From positions 165,602,001 through 165,666,000 of the forward strand of contig OZ024740.1 of NCBI GenBank assembly GCA_964016885.1: 64,000 nt of DNA, written 5' to 3'. The position numbers were made by a program, and so were the translations under genes. The notes under the pieces were generated by a model, which saw only the letters and a program-made list of their open reading frames with translations, was not told the origin of the DNA and did no database searches. Each line of letters begins with the position of its first letter. The first letter of the stretch is position 1. This document shows positions 12,466-25,659 of the stretch, piece by piece. The DNA comes from Eledone cirrhosa. Lineage: Eukaryota.

Positions 12466-13801
12466 ATATGATTTCAATTGAAATTTGTTGAATAAATTAA
12501 AGAGACGTTTTCAGGATTCGTTCATCGAAACTACTTTTCATAGAATCCCTCTAAGAACCGGTAACTTCTGGTTGAGTTATATGATGGGGTCATCCGGATT
12601 TAAAGCGACTGTTTGTCATTCTAATTTTGGAAGAGACCATTTTTCCCCATGTATGATAACAGTCGATTTCTTTCGGAGAAAGGGATAGAGAATAAGAGAA
12701 AGTAAGTAAGAAACTAATATAGAGGAAAAATGGAAACCAGTGCTCTAGTAGTTCTTGATTTCTTGACTTCAAAAAGATGAAAGGCGCGGTGGATCTCGGT
12801 GCGATCCACCGCATGGTGCTAGAACAAAGCATTCTGTATTAAGTTTTAACGACTCTTCTAAACCAATGCCTATTTTGTAGAATAGTTTTGTACATATGTT
12901 TTCATTGTAAAATTTGTTAACGAGTCGACGTTTTATTTAATTGACTTATTATTATTATTCTATTTTTCATTGATTAATTTTGAATATAGAATATTCTAGG
13001 TATATAGAAAAATATTTAACAGAAAATGAAAATAACTTACCTTCTAACATTTTTATATAAAAAATACTGTAACAGAAACTTAAAATAATCATTTTGTATT
13101 AGTCTTTTTTTTTTTAGGTGTTACAGAGAGCAAATAACTAATTATTGGAATATTAATATCATAATGTCCGATTAAAAATTTCTATCTTTTTCACACATTT
13201 AGAGATTCCCTGACTATTGACAGAAAAAATATTATATTGCAAAATATATTAATACATATTCGTTTCGATAAAATCATATTTTTTTTTTAGATCGAATGTC
13301 GTTTCGATAAAACGCCGTTCGAGGAAAAATAGTGGTACGCTATACATACACACATACACACATACATGCATACATTGATACATTCATTCATACATACATA
13401 AAAAAACATACATACATACATACATACATACATACATACATGCATACATACATACATACATACACATGCGCGTATATACTTATACACGTATATACACAGA
13501 TGCATGCGTACATAAGTATAAACATGAATGTTTTTTGTCAACATTGGATTGGTTGGCCAACTGTAAACAAACAACATCATTTCATTCATAATAGATACAG
13601 CCATGTTTCCATACCTACATACATATATGAATGCCTGCACATATGAGTATTCACACATCATAAAGCAATGATTTCTATTACGTGTTGACAGTCGTTCTGG
13701 CCTTGTTTCTCCCCTCTTACTCACTCTAGCTATCTCTGCACCTATCTCATTAGATATTTCTGTATACATGGTACTCAAGCGCATATAAGTATGTATGTGT
13801 G

Positions 13802-13926
<125 letters not shown>

Positions 13927-14051
13927 GTGCGTTTGTATGTATATTATATATGTTTGTATGTATGCATTTGTAATCTTGTAAATATACAACATATACATAT
14001 GTGCGTTTGTGCACATTATATGATATAATATAATATACATATATATAAGGC

Positions 14052-14082
<31 letters not shown>

Positions 14083-14133
14083 GTGAAGATAGACATAGAA
14101 TATTCGAAAATATTCTGTATGTTTATAATAAAC

Positions 14134-14206
<73 letters not shown>

Positions 14207-14676
14207 CATTTAGAAATCGTCTTTGCTGCAATTTAAATCATATATACTGTGCATGAAACCATCCTGCCATAAGATCTTTTACCAAAGATAGAAAGCAAGA
14301 AACATCAATGACAATCTTACAACTCTGCCCACCACCAACTGCCACCATAATATCATTTGTTGAAGAATAGCTGGATATGTATTGTGCCGAAAACAATCAT
14401 ATATTGTTTTGGAATTGATATTCCATGATAGTAATTTCCGAAGGTAATATTGAAAAAAAGAAGCAATGTATCAAGAGCTTACTGAATACTCCGTTCGTCT
14501 AGCGCTGCTATCAGTTAAATAAAGAGCCTTTTGGGAAAATGAGTTTAAATATCTCAGAAGCATTAGATGCACATACATCAATGATGAGATGGATAATAGC
14601 TTCACCAACTTTGGTCTATAAATGAAAATCCCTAGCTATAATCCAGCCCGGTACTATATATTCCTCTAGAAATAAG

Positions 14677-14724
14677 ACACCTGATGATGATCAAAGATCA
14701 CGCTGATTGAAATACGTGTAGGTA
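14677..14724 (+). ncRNA. Type I hammerhead ribozyme candidate
   Basis: CTGATGA t gatca aagatcacgc tgatt GAAA tacgtg TA; stem I imperfect. Confidence 0.55.
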
Positions 14725-16649
14725 TAATAATTTAGCCTGTAAAATATCAGCCCAAAATTTTAATCGTATTGACGATGACACCTCATAGAAATTTAAGTTT
14801 TTTGGCTAGATGTTGCGGACTAATGCCGAAAAAAAGGTGTAATTATTGATATAGTCGGTTCTTGTTTTTTTTTTTTTGTTTAGCTATAGATCAACCCCAT
14901 TCGTACTGATGTAAGTGTTGGGAACCCAGAACTAAATTATCCTGCGCCACATATGAGTATAAGAAGCAACTTGTAGATTTAAATGCCACATTTATCAGCT
15001 CAAAGAACCACATACGAACTCACTCATTCTTTCAATTATAGTCGGTTTGGTTGGGGCTGTTATAATATGTTGATGTTGTTGTTTTACTCGGACTCAAGTA
15101 GAAGACTTATGATAAAAAAACTTGCAGCTATGACCATCCCATCTTTTATCATTTTTGTGCTTAAGTTGGTATGGTTAGATTTTACGTAAATTTAGCTGTT
15201 ATTTCTAGTAGAGGTTCAATTGCTGGTCTCTGCTGTCAGTTACAATTCGTAGTAACCTATAATAAATAGTAACCTATCATTTATATTACTAATATGTTGA
15301 TTGTATCAACCGCTATCTTCATAAATTCTTGTATAAAATAATATGATGCGATATGCCAAATCCAATGGTTATAGATTTTTTTTTGCAATGTGACTGCCAG
15401 ACAGTTTCCCAGACATTTCTGCCAATATTCCACTGACATCAAGCTTACCATTTATCGCAGCTACTCTAGCTAAATATTGATATGTTCTGATACACTTACA
15501 GCTATTATAATGCAAGCGCGAACAGAAGAGTATTGGGTAAAGTGCAGTATAAAACACGGCTTATGTATATGTCATCAATCATTCTTTATTTTCGAGTTAT
15601 TTGCCTGTCAATTACATTCAGATATCACATTGATTACATATTGCACGATAAATAGCATTTGACATTTTATAATATCAGAAAAATGAAATACCCGCCCTAA
15701 AATTATAGTCTACCGTGATCTTCTCTCTGAAATATTGAAAAATAAGCTGATCCTATGTATTTAGAGGTTAGATTCTTCAGCATTATTTCAAGCAAAGTTT
15801 GCACAAAATAAATAGGAGGCAATTAGATACGCCTATGTCAGGAAATAATGTCAAAATTCCTTATTTTCCACTTGATTGCTTGTCTTACAGCGTACAACTG
15901 CAAAGACGAATTCTATATGACCAGTAGCAACATCGACATACTCTGATGCATTGATGATTGTACAGCTGGAAAACAAATTTGTATAATTATTTGGAACATT
16001 TCTATGTTATACATGTATTTTTTACCTGTTGGGTGCTATACACTTTGCAAAGTAAAGCGAGGAGAGTGGAAGTAATCTCGAGTAGAGAATACTGCTACAC
16101 ATGTAACATTATTACTACTGATAATGATGATGATAAGGATTAAGCTATGAACAAACACAACAACAAACAGAGGAGAAAGCATAAGAAGGAGACGGAGGTA
16201 CCAATGATAAAGAACTAAATCTTCATCATCGGCTCTGATAACCGAAAGCTATAACAACGACAATTTCGTGACATCGTTTTCAAGGAGGTGTTATACACTA
16301 AGTTCCACTTGGCTTCTTTCGAAGAAAAAGAAGTATAAAAATCTGCAAAAAGTAATTAAATACATAGAAAAAATATGCTGAAGAGATGGTAGTTAGATGT
16401 TAGATGAATAAACGTCACTGAAACTTTACTTTCCCTTTTTTATGTAAGAAGAAATCAATACAACAATCACTAATAGATAGCTAAAAAAATGAATTCAAAA
16501 TATAAGTAAGCAACAGACCATGCGGAATAGTGAGACAAATCAAGGAGATTCTTGAAAAAATAACTATGATTAAATGAGTATATAGTGTCGTATAATATAT
16601 GTATACGTGTATACAACGCACATCACATGAATATACATATATATATATA

Positions 16650-16694
<45 letters not shown>

Positions 16695-16705
<11 letters not shown>

Positions 16706-16764
16706 AGAGAGAAAATATTGATATAAACATTTCGAACCAGCAAGTAAGTGTAACCCACAAATAT
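16695..16764 (+). repeat. Left target-site duplication of RTE insertion
   Basis: Matches 18466-18535 with one mismatch. Confidence 0.9.
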
Positions 16765-18457
16765 CAACGAGATCACAGGGAGGAAGAAAAGGTGTTCGAG
16801 TCAGATCCAGGGAACGGGGCCCGAGGATAGGAAGAGGAAATGGCTAGACCATTTTAGGACCCTACTAGGAGTGCCACCCTCCACAGCCCAGAGCACTGGG
16901 GAGATCAGGCGGCTGTTTGAGGAACTGGATGTTGAGACAGAGCCCTTCACCAGAGAGGAGCTTCAGAGAGCCAAGAAGAAGATCAAGGAGGGCAAGGCTC
17001 ATGGAGAAGATGGAGTGGCATCAGAGGTGATGAAGAGGTGTGATTTTGATGATATCATCCTGGGGTTCTGTAACGGGGCACTGGAGAAAGGAGTTGCCCC
17101 GAATCATTGGAGGATCAGTAACATCGTCCCAGTGCCAAAGAAGGGAGATCTCTCTAACACCAACAACTACCGGGGAATCTCACTGACGTCACTTGTGGCA
17201 AAGACCCTCAACAGGATGATTCTTAACAGGATCCAGCCTGAGATGGAGAAGAAGCTCAGGGACAACCAGAACGGCTTCAGAGAGGGTAGATCAACCACCA
17301 GTCACATCCTGATGCTGAGGAGGATATTAGAGGGAGCTAGTGCAAAGTGCCTTCCTCCGGTCATGGTTTTCATTGACTTTAGGAAGGCCTTTGATTCTGT
17401 GGACCGTTACTGCCTGATGAAGATCTTACAGGCTAATGGAATCCCCAAGAGGATAGTGGACCTGATATCACTGCTCTACACCAACACCAAAGCCCAAGTC
17501 ATTACACCTGATGGGATGACAGAGTTCTTTGAGACACTGGCTGGAGTGCTCCAGGGAGATACATTGGCTCCCTACCTTTTTATCATCGTAGTGGACTATT
17601 GTATGTGCCTTGCACTGGAGAAACACCAGGACTCTGGCTTTACTGTAGCACCGGCTCAGAGCAGGAGAGTTGGGGCGAAAAAGGTATCGGATGCTGAATT
17701 TGCCCACGACATAGTTTTGCTGACAAATACAGTGAAGGAGGCAGAGGATTTGATGCGGGAGGTTGAGACTGTGTCGATGAGTGTGGGGCTGAGAATGAAT
17801 GAGACTAAAACAAAATATCTGGTAGAGAATGTTGAGAAGCCAGAGGGGATCACTAATGTAGGCGGGAAGCCGCTGGAATTGGTTGAGGACTTCCTGTATT
17901 TGGGAGCAAAGATTGGGAATACGGAGGATGATGTGGTTGAGAGGAAGAGCAAGGCCTGGGCGGCGTGCCACAGCTTGAGATCGGTGTGGAAGTTGGACCT
18001 TCATAGAGACCTGAAAATCCGCCTCTTCATTGCTGTAGTGGAGTCTGTGCTGCTGTATGGGTCTGAGACTTGGACACTGACCAAGAAACTCACTCAGATG
18101 GTGGATGGGTGCTACACGAGAATGCTGAGGATGGTTCTGAACATTAATCAGTATACACTGAGGATGAAAAACTCAGAGCTGTATGGGAGCATCCCAAAAG
18201 TCAGCTCAAAAGTGACACAGAGGAGACTGAGGTTGGCTGGACATGCTCACCGACATCCAGAGTTGACATTGCACTCAGTGCTCCTTTGGGAGCCCCTACA
18301 TGGACACACTAGAAGAGGAAGACCAAGGTTAACATATGTTGATGCTCTAAGGACAGACACTGGTCTGTTGGAGATGCAGGATATGGCAGCGATAATGAGG
18401 GACAGAGACCGCTGGAGAGAACTCGTCCATGGATCTCGGGAATTTTACCCGCCTTAG
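16763..18457 (+). CDS. RTE LINE reverse transcriptase, 5'-truncated (no APE domain); catalytic motif reads FAHD
   Basis: Frame open from the insertion edge. Motifs NYRGISLTS, QNGFREGRST, FIDFRKAFDSV, GVLQGDTLAPYLF, FAHDIVL, FLYLG, LLYGSETW, RRLRLAGH, RRGRPRLTY. Confidence 0.9.
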   Translation: MNEITGRKKRCSSQIQGTGPEDRKRKWLDHFRTLLGVPPSTAQSTGEIRRLFEELDVETEPFTREELQRAKKKIKEGKAHGEDGVASEVMKRCDFDDIILGFCNGALEKGVAPNHWRISNIVPVPKKGDLSNTNNYRGISLTSLVAKTLNRMILNRIQPEMEKKLRDNQNGFREGRSTTSHILMLRRILEGASAKCLPPVMVFIDFRKAFDSVDRYCLMKILQANGIPKRIVDLISLLYTNTKAQVITPDGMTEFFETLAGVLQGDTLAPYLFIIVVDYCMCLALEKHQDSGFTVAPAQSRRVGAKKVSDAEFAHDIVLLTNTVKEAEDLMREVETVSMSVGLRMNETKTKYLVENVEKPEGITNVGGKPLELVEDFLYLGAKIGNTEDDVVERKSKAWAACHSLRSVWKLDLHRDLKIRLFIAVVESVLLYGSETWTLTKKLTQMVDGCYTRMLRMVLNINQYTLRMKNSELYGSIPKVSSKVTQRRLRLAGHAHRHPELTLHSVLLWEPLHGHTRRGRPRLTYVDALRTDTGLLEMQDMAAIMRDRDRWRELVHGSREFYPP

Positions 18458-18465
18458 ATAGATAG
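16765..18465 (+). mobile_element. 5'-truncated RTE-clade LINE
   Basis: GC-richer island with RT ORF, (TAGA)n tail overlapping the stop, long TSD. Confidence 0.92.
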
Positions 18466-18535
18466 ATATATTATAGAGAGAGAAAATATTGATATAAACT
18501 TTTCGAACCAGCAAGTAAGTGTAACCCACAAATAT
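18466..18535 (+). repeat. Right target-site duplication of RTE insertion
   Basis: Matches 16695-16764. Confidence 0.9.
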
Positions 18536-18613
18536 AATATTTTACTGATGTGTACTTATTTATACACACACGTTTATACATATGTAGATACATATGTATA
18601 TATAAACACACAT

Positions 18614-18679
<66 letters not shown>

Positions 18680-18681
18680 AA

Positions 18682-18731
<50 letters not shown>

Positions 18732-18767
18732 AAACACACATATATATATATATATATATATAGATAT

Positions 18768-18832
<65 letters not shown>

Positions 18833-18839
18833 TATATAT

Positions 18840-19072
18840 TGGATGGTCTTTATTCTCTCTTGTCCCCGAGATTTCACAGAATTTATGTTCATGGATTTCA
18901 GGGACTTGACTCCTTCATCCTCACTTTTCGTTGCATTACCATCTTTGTTTGTTTACTGTCTCGCTCGTTCCCCCTATTTACGTGTCCCAACGACTTTCTT
19001 TAGCCGTTGCTCGCACCAACCAGAGGTATATGGTCTTTAAAGCTATGAAATACCAATGAAGGTTGGAAGATC
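18840..19072 (+). mobile_element. Repeat family E, truncated just before the HHR core
   Basis: Homologous to 21978-22204. Confidence 0.65.
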
Positions 19073-20048
19073 TGTGTGTCTGTGTATTACCTATAGGGGC
19101 CTACATCTTACGACCGATTTTCAGGAAACTTTACAGACTTATAGATTAGTCATTGGGAGTGTTTTCTATATATCAGCATATCATTTTTTTTATTCCAGTG
19201 TCATTCTGCAGATAAAAATCGGTAGGGGTCACCTTTTTTTAGGTATCGAAAAATAAGAATTTTGGCTCTAGCTCCCACATTTTGCCACTGAATTCGTTCA
19301 AATTTTAAAGCAAAATAGAATTTATCATTGCACATCCTGTAATGGCTTTATATTTTGCATTTGTTGTTCAGGGACGGCGTGGCAGCCGCTTAAATATTCA
19401 AAAACACCACTTTCAGACTCAAATTTCCACATTTTCGGCTCTAGCTCTCACATTAATAAACCTACTTTGTTCAAATTTTACACTACACTAGATCTGATTA
19501 TTTCACGTCTTAAAGTGGCTTTATATTTTGGAATTTTTGTTCAGGAACGGCGTGGCAGCCGCTTAAATATTCGAAAATACCACCTTTTCGCTCAAATTTC
19601 CGCCTTTTCGGCTCTAGCTCCCACATTTTTCAACCGATTTCGTTCAAATTCGAAACTTCGGCTCCACCTCACACATAAATCAATTTATTTGCTTCAACTT
19701 TTATACTACGATAGAACATATCATTGCACATCTTATAGATGGTCAAAGGCAAAACGATGGCCACTGACGCCCACTGAGCCTTTGGTTGTGTATTTGAGAA
19801 TTCATCGGTTTCCAATCAAGTAGCGTGAGAAAATTTGGCTTAGTGTTAGAGGTCATTACCTCCCTCCCCAAGCATGCCATTTCGTCAGTCACCCGCGTTT
19901 CTCGGTGATAGTGATCATCACCACCCTCCGCCGCGGGGTCTGTGTCTGGCCATAGATGAGTCATCGAGAAGCAGTCGCTAAGATCAACACCTTTTCATCA
20001 AAGAAGATATTATTTTACCTACCCAGGCAACGTTGGGTACTGCTGCTA

Positions 20049-20050
<2 letters not shown>
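19066..20050 (+). mobile_element. Non-autonomous Helitron-like element with internal 173-bp tandem repeats
   Basis: 3' hairpin TACCCAGGCAACGTTGGGTA then CTAGT; GGCTCTAGCTC at 19264, 19437, 19610. Confidence 0.65.
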
Positions 20051-20099
<49 letters not shown>

Positions 20100-20781
20100 T
20101 ATATATAGATGCATATAATAGAAAAACGAGGAAGTTTCGTTTACATGTGAAAAATATGTATATCTATCAACCTGTTATACGCGTTTCGCAGAGGATTGGC
20201 CCAGAGTGACCCATAGAAATTATAGAGTTCGAACTCTACAATTGTAGGATTCAAACTCTGCAATCCTGTACTCAATGCTTCTAGGCTTTCTATGCATGGC
20301 CTATATATTCTATTGCATGAACATTATGAGTAATATTATAAAACTTTTAGCCTAAAATCAATATATATTTCGATGTTTATAATTTTTAATACCTACATTA
20401 TATGCTTTCACTATACCATTCTCTTGCATATATAACATGTACTCTATTGTAATTAATATTTTCGATATAATATTCTTGCTATAATATCTTTGTTATAACT
20501 TTTGGCTATAATTAAGAACCAAATCCTTATATACAACATATACCTCAAATTATTTATATTATAGCTTTAATACAATTTTTCATTATAATATTTCATTACA
20601 ATTTTTATATCTGTTGAACTTTCTGCTCTTGCTCTTTAATATATTTATGTTAACACTTATAATTAGTCTTCTCACATATAATGTATCCTGCTAAATCTTC
20701 TAATGATTAGACCTATATCTGGATGAAACGATCATAAGCTATTAAATGTTTTAAACACAATTTGATTGTTATTTATCTTAT

Positions 20782-20855
<74 letters not shown>

Positions 20856-21135
20856 ATAATAATAAATGTGAAGACTAAAATTCGAAAAGGGCTCGATAAG
20901 GATAATATATATATCAAAATATATAAAACCATAGAGCAAATATTTATTGAAATAACAGATTAAAATTTAAGCAAAAAAATCGCTGCTGTCATCTTGAACG
21001 GGTTATTCTGAATTTTAGATATATATATATATATGAATGTATATATAGTGTATTTTGGAATACACTGTATGCTTAATTAAAAGCATTTCGAAAACCTTAC
21101 GCTATTTTCATTTTTCAGCAAACAAGAGGAGATAA

Positions 21136-21180
21136 AGCTGACAGAGCTCTGTTTCGTACTGATTGTTACTTATCAAAGCC
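21136..21180 (-). ncRNA. Hammerhead ribozyme, U3-A8 core
   Basis: ggct TTGATAA gtaacaatcagtac GAAA cagagctctg TC agct. Confidence 0.75.
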
Positions 21181-21457
21181 AAGTACTCCACCTGTTTGCT
21201 GAAAATCGTGAATGTTTGATTCTTATAGAATTCTAGTAATATTCAGGAACTGATTATACAGAGCGGTTGCCGGTCAAGCAGAAATTGAAAATTAGAATTG
21301 GTGCTCTGAAATAGCGAGATATATATGAATGCATATATATTGTATTTTGCAATACACTGTATGCTTAATTAAAAGCATTTCGAAGATCTTACGCTATTGT
21401 TTTAGAGTAGTGACAGTCTCACTTACTTTAAATTTTTCAGCAAACAAGGGGAGATAA

Positions 21458-21502
21458 AACTGACAAAGCTCAGTTTCGTACTGATTGGTACTTATCAAAG
21501 CC
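21458..21502 (-). ncRNA. Hammerhead ribozyme, U3-A8 core
   Basis: ggct TTGATAA gtac caatca gtac GAAA ctgagctttg TC agtt. Confidence 0.75.
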
Positions 21503-21614
21503 AAGTACTCCACCTGTTTGCTGAAAATCATGAATGTTTGATTCTTATAGAATTCTAGTAATAATCAGGAACTGATTATACAGAGCGGTTGCCGGTCAAA
21601 CAGGTGGAGTACTT

Positions 21615-21659
21615 GGCTTTGATAAGTACCAATCAGTACGAAACAGAGCTCTGTCAGTT
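21615..21659 (+). ncRNA. Hammerhead ribozyme, U3-A8 core
   Basis: ggct TTGATAA gtac caatca gtac GAAA cagagctctg TC agtt; palindromic stem III. Confidence 0.8.
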
Positions 21660-21802
21660 TTATCTCCCCTTGTTTGCTGAAAATTTAAAGTAAGTGAGAC
21701 TGTTACTACTCTAAAACAATAGCGTAAGGTCTTCGAAATGCTTTTAATTAAGCATACAGTGTATTGCAAAATACACTATATATACATTCATATATATATA
21801 CA

Positions 21803-21865
<63 letters not shown>

Positions 21866-21867
<2 letters not shown>

Positions 21868-22227
21868 TCTACGATTTCACAGAACTTACGTTCACCGAAT
21901 TCACAGACTAGATCCCTTCTTCTTCCTCCCGTTAGACCTGTACGTAATTCCTTCCTTGCTCACATTCCAACCAGGTTTGATGGTCTTTATTCTCTCTCGT
22001 TCACGATTTCACCGAATTTATATTCATAGAAATTTGGGACTTGACTCCTTCTTCCTCATTTTTCGTTGCTTCACCATCTTTATTTGTTTACACTCGTGTC
22101 CCCTTTATTTACGTGTCCCAACGACTTTTTTTAGCCGTTGCTCGGATCAACCGGAGGTATATGGTCTTTAAAGCGATGAAATACCAATGATGGTTGGAAG
22201 ATCACTGATGAAGGACTAACTTTATTC
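21866..22227 (+). mobile_element. Repeat family E ending in a truncated HHR (CTGATGA at 22205)
   Basis: Homolog of 18840-19072; (TA)n on both sides. Confidence 0.6.
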
Positions 22228-22241
22228 ATATATATATATAT

Positions 22242-22480
22242 CCAGGGAGTGTAATGCGGAGTTTCTGTAGGTTCACCCGAGTGAGCACTCGATGTTTAGG
22301 TTCACGTCTGTATCGAGGTGTAGAGCTAGACAGCGTGTAGTATAATAAATTAAAAGAAGGACGAGAGGGTACTCATTCATTACGTTAATTCGTTGGTGAT
22401 GCGAATTACGCCACCGTTCAGCTCAACGTTCGATCTGTATCGATCTAGCCCGACTCTGTAATCAACGACTCGTCGGACAT
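22242..22480 (-). mobile_element. Family A copy
   Basis: Colinear with 1813-2135. Confidence 0.7.
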
Positions 22481-22489
22481 TTTTTGGCG

Positions 22490-22720
22490 CTACGGGAGTT
22501 TCCCAAAAGTCAGATTAAAGTGACACATAGAAGATGCAGCTTATCTGGACATATTCATCGACATTTAGTGTTGAACTTTCACTCAGTGGTCCTGTGGGAG
22601 CCCCTACACGAACACACTGGAAGAGGGAGACAGTGGATGATATATGCTGATGCCCTAAAGACAGGAACTGGTCTTTTGGAGACGCGGCTCATAGCAGCGA
22701 TGATGAAGGACAGAGAACGC
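22490..22720 (+). pseudogene. Diverged RTE 3' ORF fragment
   Basis: HSVVLWEPLHEHTGRGR..YADALKT aligns to the C-terminus of the 16763 ORF. Confidence 0.8.
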
Positions 22721-22744
22721 TTGATAGAACACATCATTGATAGA

Positions 22745-23045
22745 ACACATATTTGGAAATATACTGTATGTTTAATTAAAATCATTTAGAAGACAATTCG
22801 CTATGAGTTTTAAAGTAGTGACTATGTCACTTACTTGTTCTCGGCAAAAACTACAGAGAGCGGCCGACATATAGTCTGTTTCTCGTTTGTGAGCGTTTAT
22901 CAAGACCATACACTCACTTGCCTTTGCCGAGAATTATAGGGGCTGGATTCTTGTAGAATTACAGTAATAATCAGGAGCTGATTAAACAGAGCGTTTGCCG
23001 GTCCAGCAAAAATTAGGTATTAGTATTGGTGCTCTGAAATATATA
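22745..23045 (-). mobile_element. Family F single unit (diverged) with HHR at 22862-22907
   Basis: ggtc TTGATAA acgctcacaaacga GAAA cagactatatg TC ggcc inside a TCGGCAAA/TTTGCCGA outer stem. Confidence 0.75.
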
Positions 23046-23071
23046 TTTTCATATGTATACATACATACACA

Positions 23072-23400
23072 CTGGGGTATGTTAGTAACTGCCTCAATAC
23101 AAATCTTGAGAAGCTAGGCTTGACAGGAACAGAAAGAACACAACTAGTTAGGAAATTACAAGTACAATCCATTAATGGAACAGTAAAAATATGTAAAACA
23201 TTCCAAAAATGTTGCATCTAATAACTGCATGTACAGATACAAAGCATATACACATGCACACATACAATAACATGCATGCATACATAATCTACCTAGTTAA
23301 TGTTGTGTAAATTCCAGTGAGAGAGTCTTGTGTCAATGTTAGAAACCGACTCTCTCTCTGTTGATAAAAATTGTGAAATTATAAAACTGGAAGAACACAT
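23072..23400 (+). mobile_element. R4/Dong-like RLE LINE 3' end in (CATA)n
   Basis: LGYVSNCLNTNLEKLG..INGTVKICKTF*; homologous to 44040-44432. Confidence 0.7.
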
Positions 23401-23671
23401 ACATATTTGCTCTACGGTTTTATATATTTTTATATATATATTATCCTTATCGACCCCTCTTCGGATTTTAGTCTTCACATTTATTATTATTACTATATAT
23501 ACATATATATACACACACACAAGTGCCTGCTTACATAAATGTAATGTCTTTGTTTTTCTGGGTAAAAAAGAATAGTTGAAAATGTTTACTCATCACAATT
23601 CTTTATTTCACGGCTAAGACTTCTGATTCAAAACTTTAGTTGTACCTACCACATTTGTACCTTAAATCTTC

Positions 23672-23715
<44 letters not shown>

Positions 23716-23727
23716 TGTGTGTGTGTG

Positions 23728-23814
23728 TTATAAAAATGTATACAAACTTCAACAGCTTCCCAAATAAATATTGCTGTACAGGTAATCAAAGTGTATACAT
23801 TTTGGGGGACACCT

Positions 23815-23817
<3 letters not shown>
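23728..23817 (+). mobile_element. Tc1/mariner-type MITE (partial)
   Basis: Same family as 29411-29511. Confidence 0.6.
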
Positions 23818-23862
<45 letters not shown>

Positions 23863-23870
23863 TATATTAA

Positions 23871-24411
23871 AGACGTAAAATAAGATAATTATAAAAAATT
23901 ACTTACTTACTAAAATTTCACTCCAACTAATTAGTTTCTGAAAGGGAATAAACATGGTTTCCGATTGGAACAACATTGAGAAATATCCTTTCGTCATCAG
24001 GGAGATCTGTTCTCAGCTAAGTTCCCAGGCAATGCGTGGACACAGGGAACTTATACAAAAATAATTCAGTGGATGGAAAAAAGCAAGCGAGGACTGTACA
24101 ATCATTTTTGTATAAGTTCCCTGTGTCCACGCATTGCCTGGGAACTTAGCTGAGAACAGATCTCCCTGATGCGAAACGATATTTCTCCATGTTGTTCCAA
24201 TCGGAAACCATGTTTATTCCCTTTCAGAAACTAATTAGTTGGAGTGAAATTTTAGTAACTAAGTTAATTTTTATAATTTTCTTATTTTACGTCTCTCATA
24301 TTATTTATTCTGCATCCCCTTGCATTGAACCACAAAGTTACTAAGCCAAAACCTATATATTTGCTAGCATAGGTATGCATCTGTGTATATATGTTGGTAG
24401 ATATACTAATT

Positions 24412-24413
<2 letters not shown>
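23871..24413 (+). mobile_element. (TA)n-embedded fold-back element
   Basis: Arms 23871-24062/24104-24294 plus tail; CTGATGA-C-GAAA on the minus arm. Confidence 0.75.
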
Positions 24414-24487
<74 letters not shown>

Positions 24488-25370
24488 ATACGTATGTACG
24501 TGTGTGTGTGTGTTGTGTTAATTTGTTTATAATATAAGGTAGACACCTAATGGTGACGCAACTGGTTTTATTTCTGTAGATTCGAACTCCCTCGAATCTA
24601 ATTCTTATACTGTTATCAGAGAAAGTATACTCCTCTGCTGTATAGGGATGCATTTATAACAGCTTCAATTGATTAATCTAGAAATTTTCAACCTCATTTA
24701 CATTACATTGCAATACTGACAACATGGATTCTTTAATTCATTAATTATGCATCGAGCGGCATAAAATGGTATGTTCTTCTGTCCCAGCTTTGAAAGTAAA
24801 CAAAGTAATTAAAATTATATATGTATTTTGGATTGCACAATGACAATGTATTAATGTAGCATCCCACTGCATGCATATATATAAAATGGTACATTTGTTT
24901 AACAAGCTTGACACGCTGGTGTTAATTAACAGTATCACTAACATGGTTCGTAATACAAATGTAACTTTTCAACTATCTCAGTTGTCAGTTAACATTTATT
25001 TCCTTCTGAACACTCTTTGGGGTCTCGGGATACGCAACATTCGTGTATCCATTCCACGCCTCCCGGGACAGCTCGCAATCCCAAGAGTATTTTTTTTCAG
25101 TGCTAAATGGAGACTACAATGTATTTGTTCGGTGGCACCCCTTTACCTGTGGCCTGAACGCAGATTATATCATTTATTCGCGCCAGTCATCAGATCCGCG
25201 AAAACTGGGCGTTAATTTAGAACTGGCTTTTATTCAACTTATTATTCATCGCTGGGTTGTGAGAGTTTTCTTAAATATCAATGTCATCTATTGCTCCATT
25301 TTCCTTTCTGGCTTACTCCTGCGTGGTGCGGCAACCTTGTTGTAAATGCAAATGGAGAAACATTATAGCC

Positions 25371-25560
25371 GGTGGATTGGCAGTATCGGTAGAGGGTCGG
25401 ACGCCATGCTTTGCAGCAAAGAGTTATGGCCCTTTATAGTCTGAGTTCAAATCTAGCCAAGGTTAACTTTGCCTTTCATCCGTACGGGGACCATAAAATA
25501 AAGTACCAGTAATACACTGAGATAATTGCTGGCCTTGTGCAAAAGTAGAAACAATTATTA
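25371..25560 (+). mobile_element. SINE family 1
   Basis: Full head, core and ATT tail. Confidence 0.8.
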
Positions 25561-25659
25561 GCCTTCTGTTCTAGTAATGGGCTCTGTATTAAGAAACACC
25601 TTTTTCCTGCATAAAGTATACATAATATAAAAGGACTCGGGTACACGGTTAAATGGTTT

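Larger units (their letters stand above)
20995..21790. mobile_element. HHR family F: two tandem units plus inverted partial copy
   Basis: HHRs 322 bp apart on minus; 21597-21790 inverted; (TA)n flanks. Confidence 0.85.

Noticed and set aside
20268-20277. CATTGAGTAC motif on the minus strand
   Set aside because: Matches the shared motif but not its position relative to the TA junction or HHR, so excluded from the count
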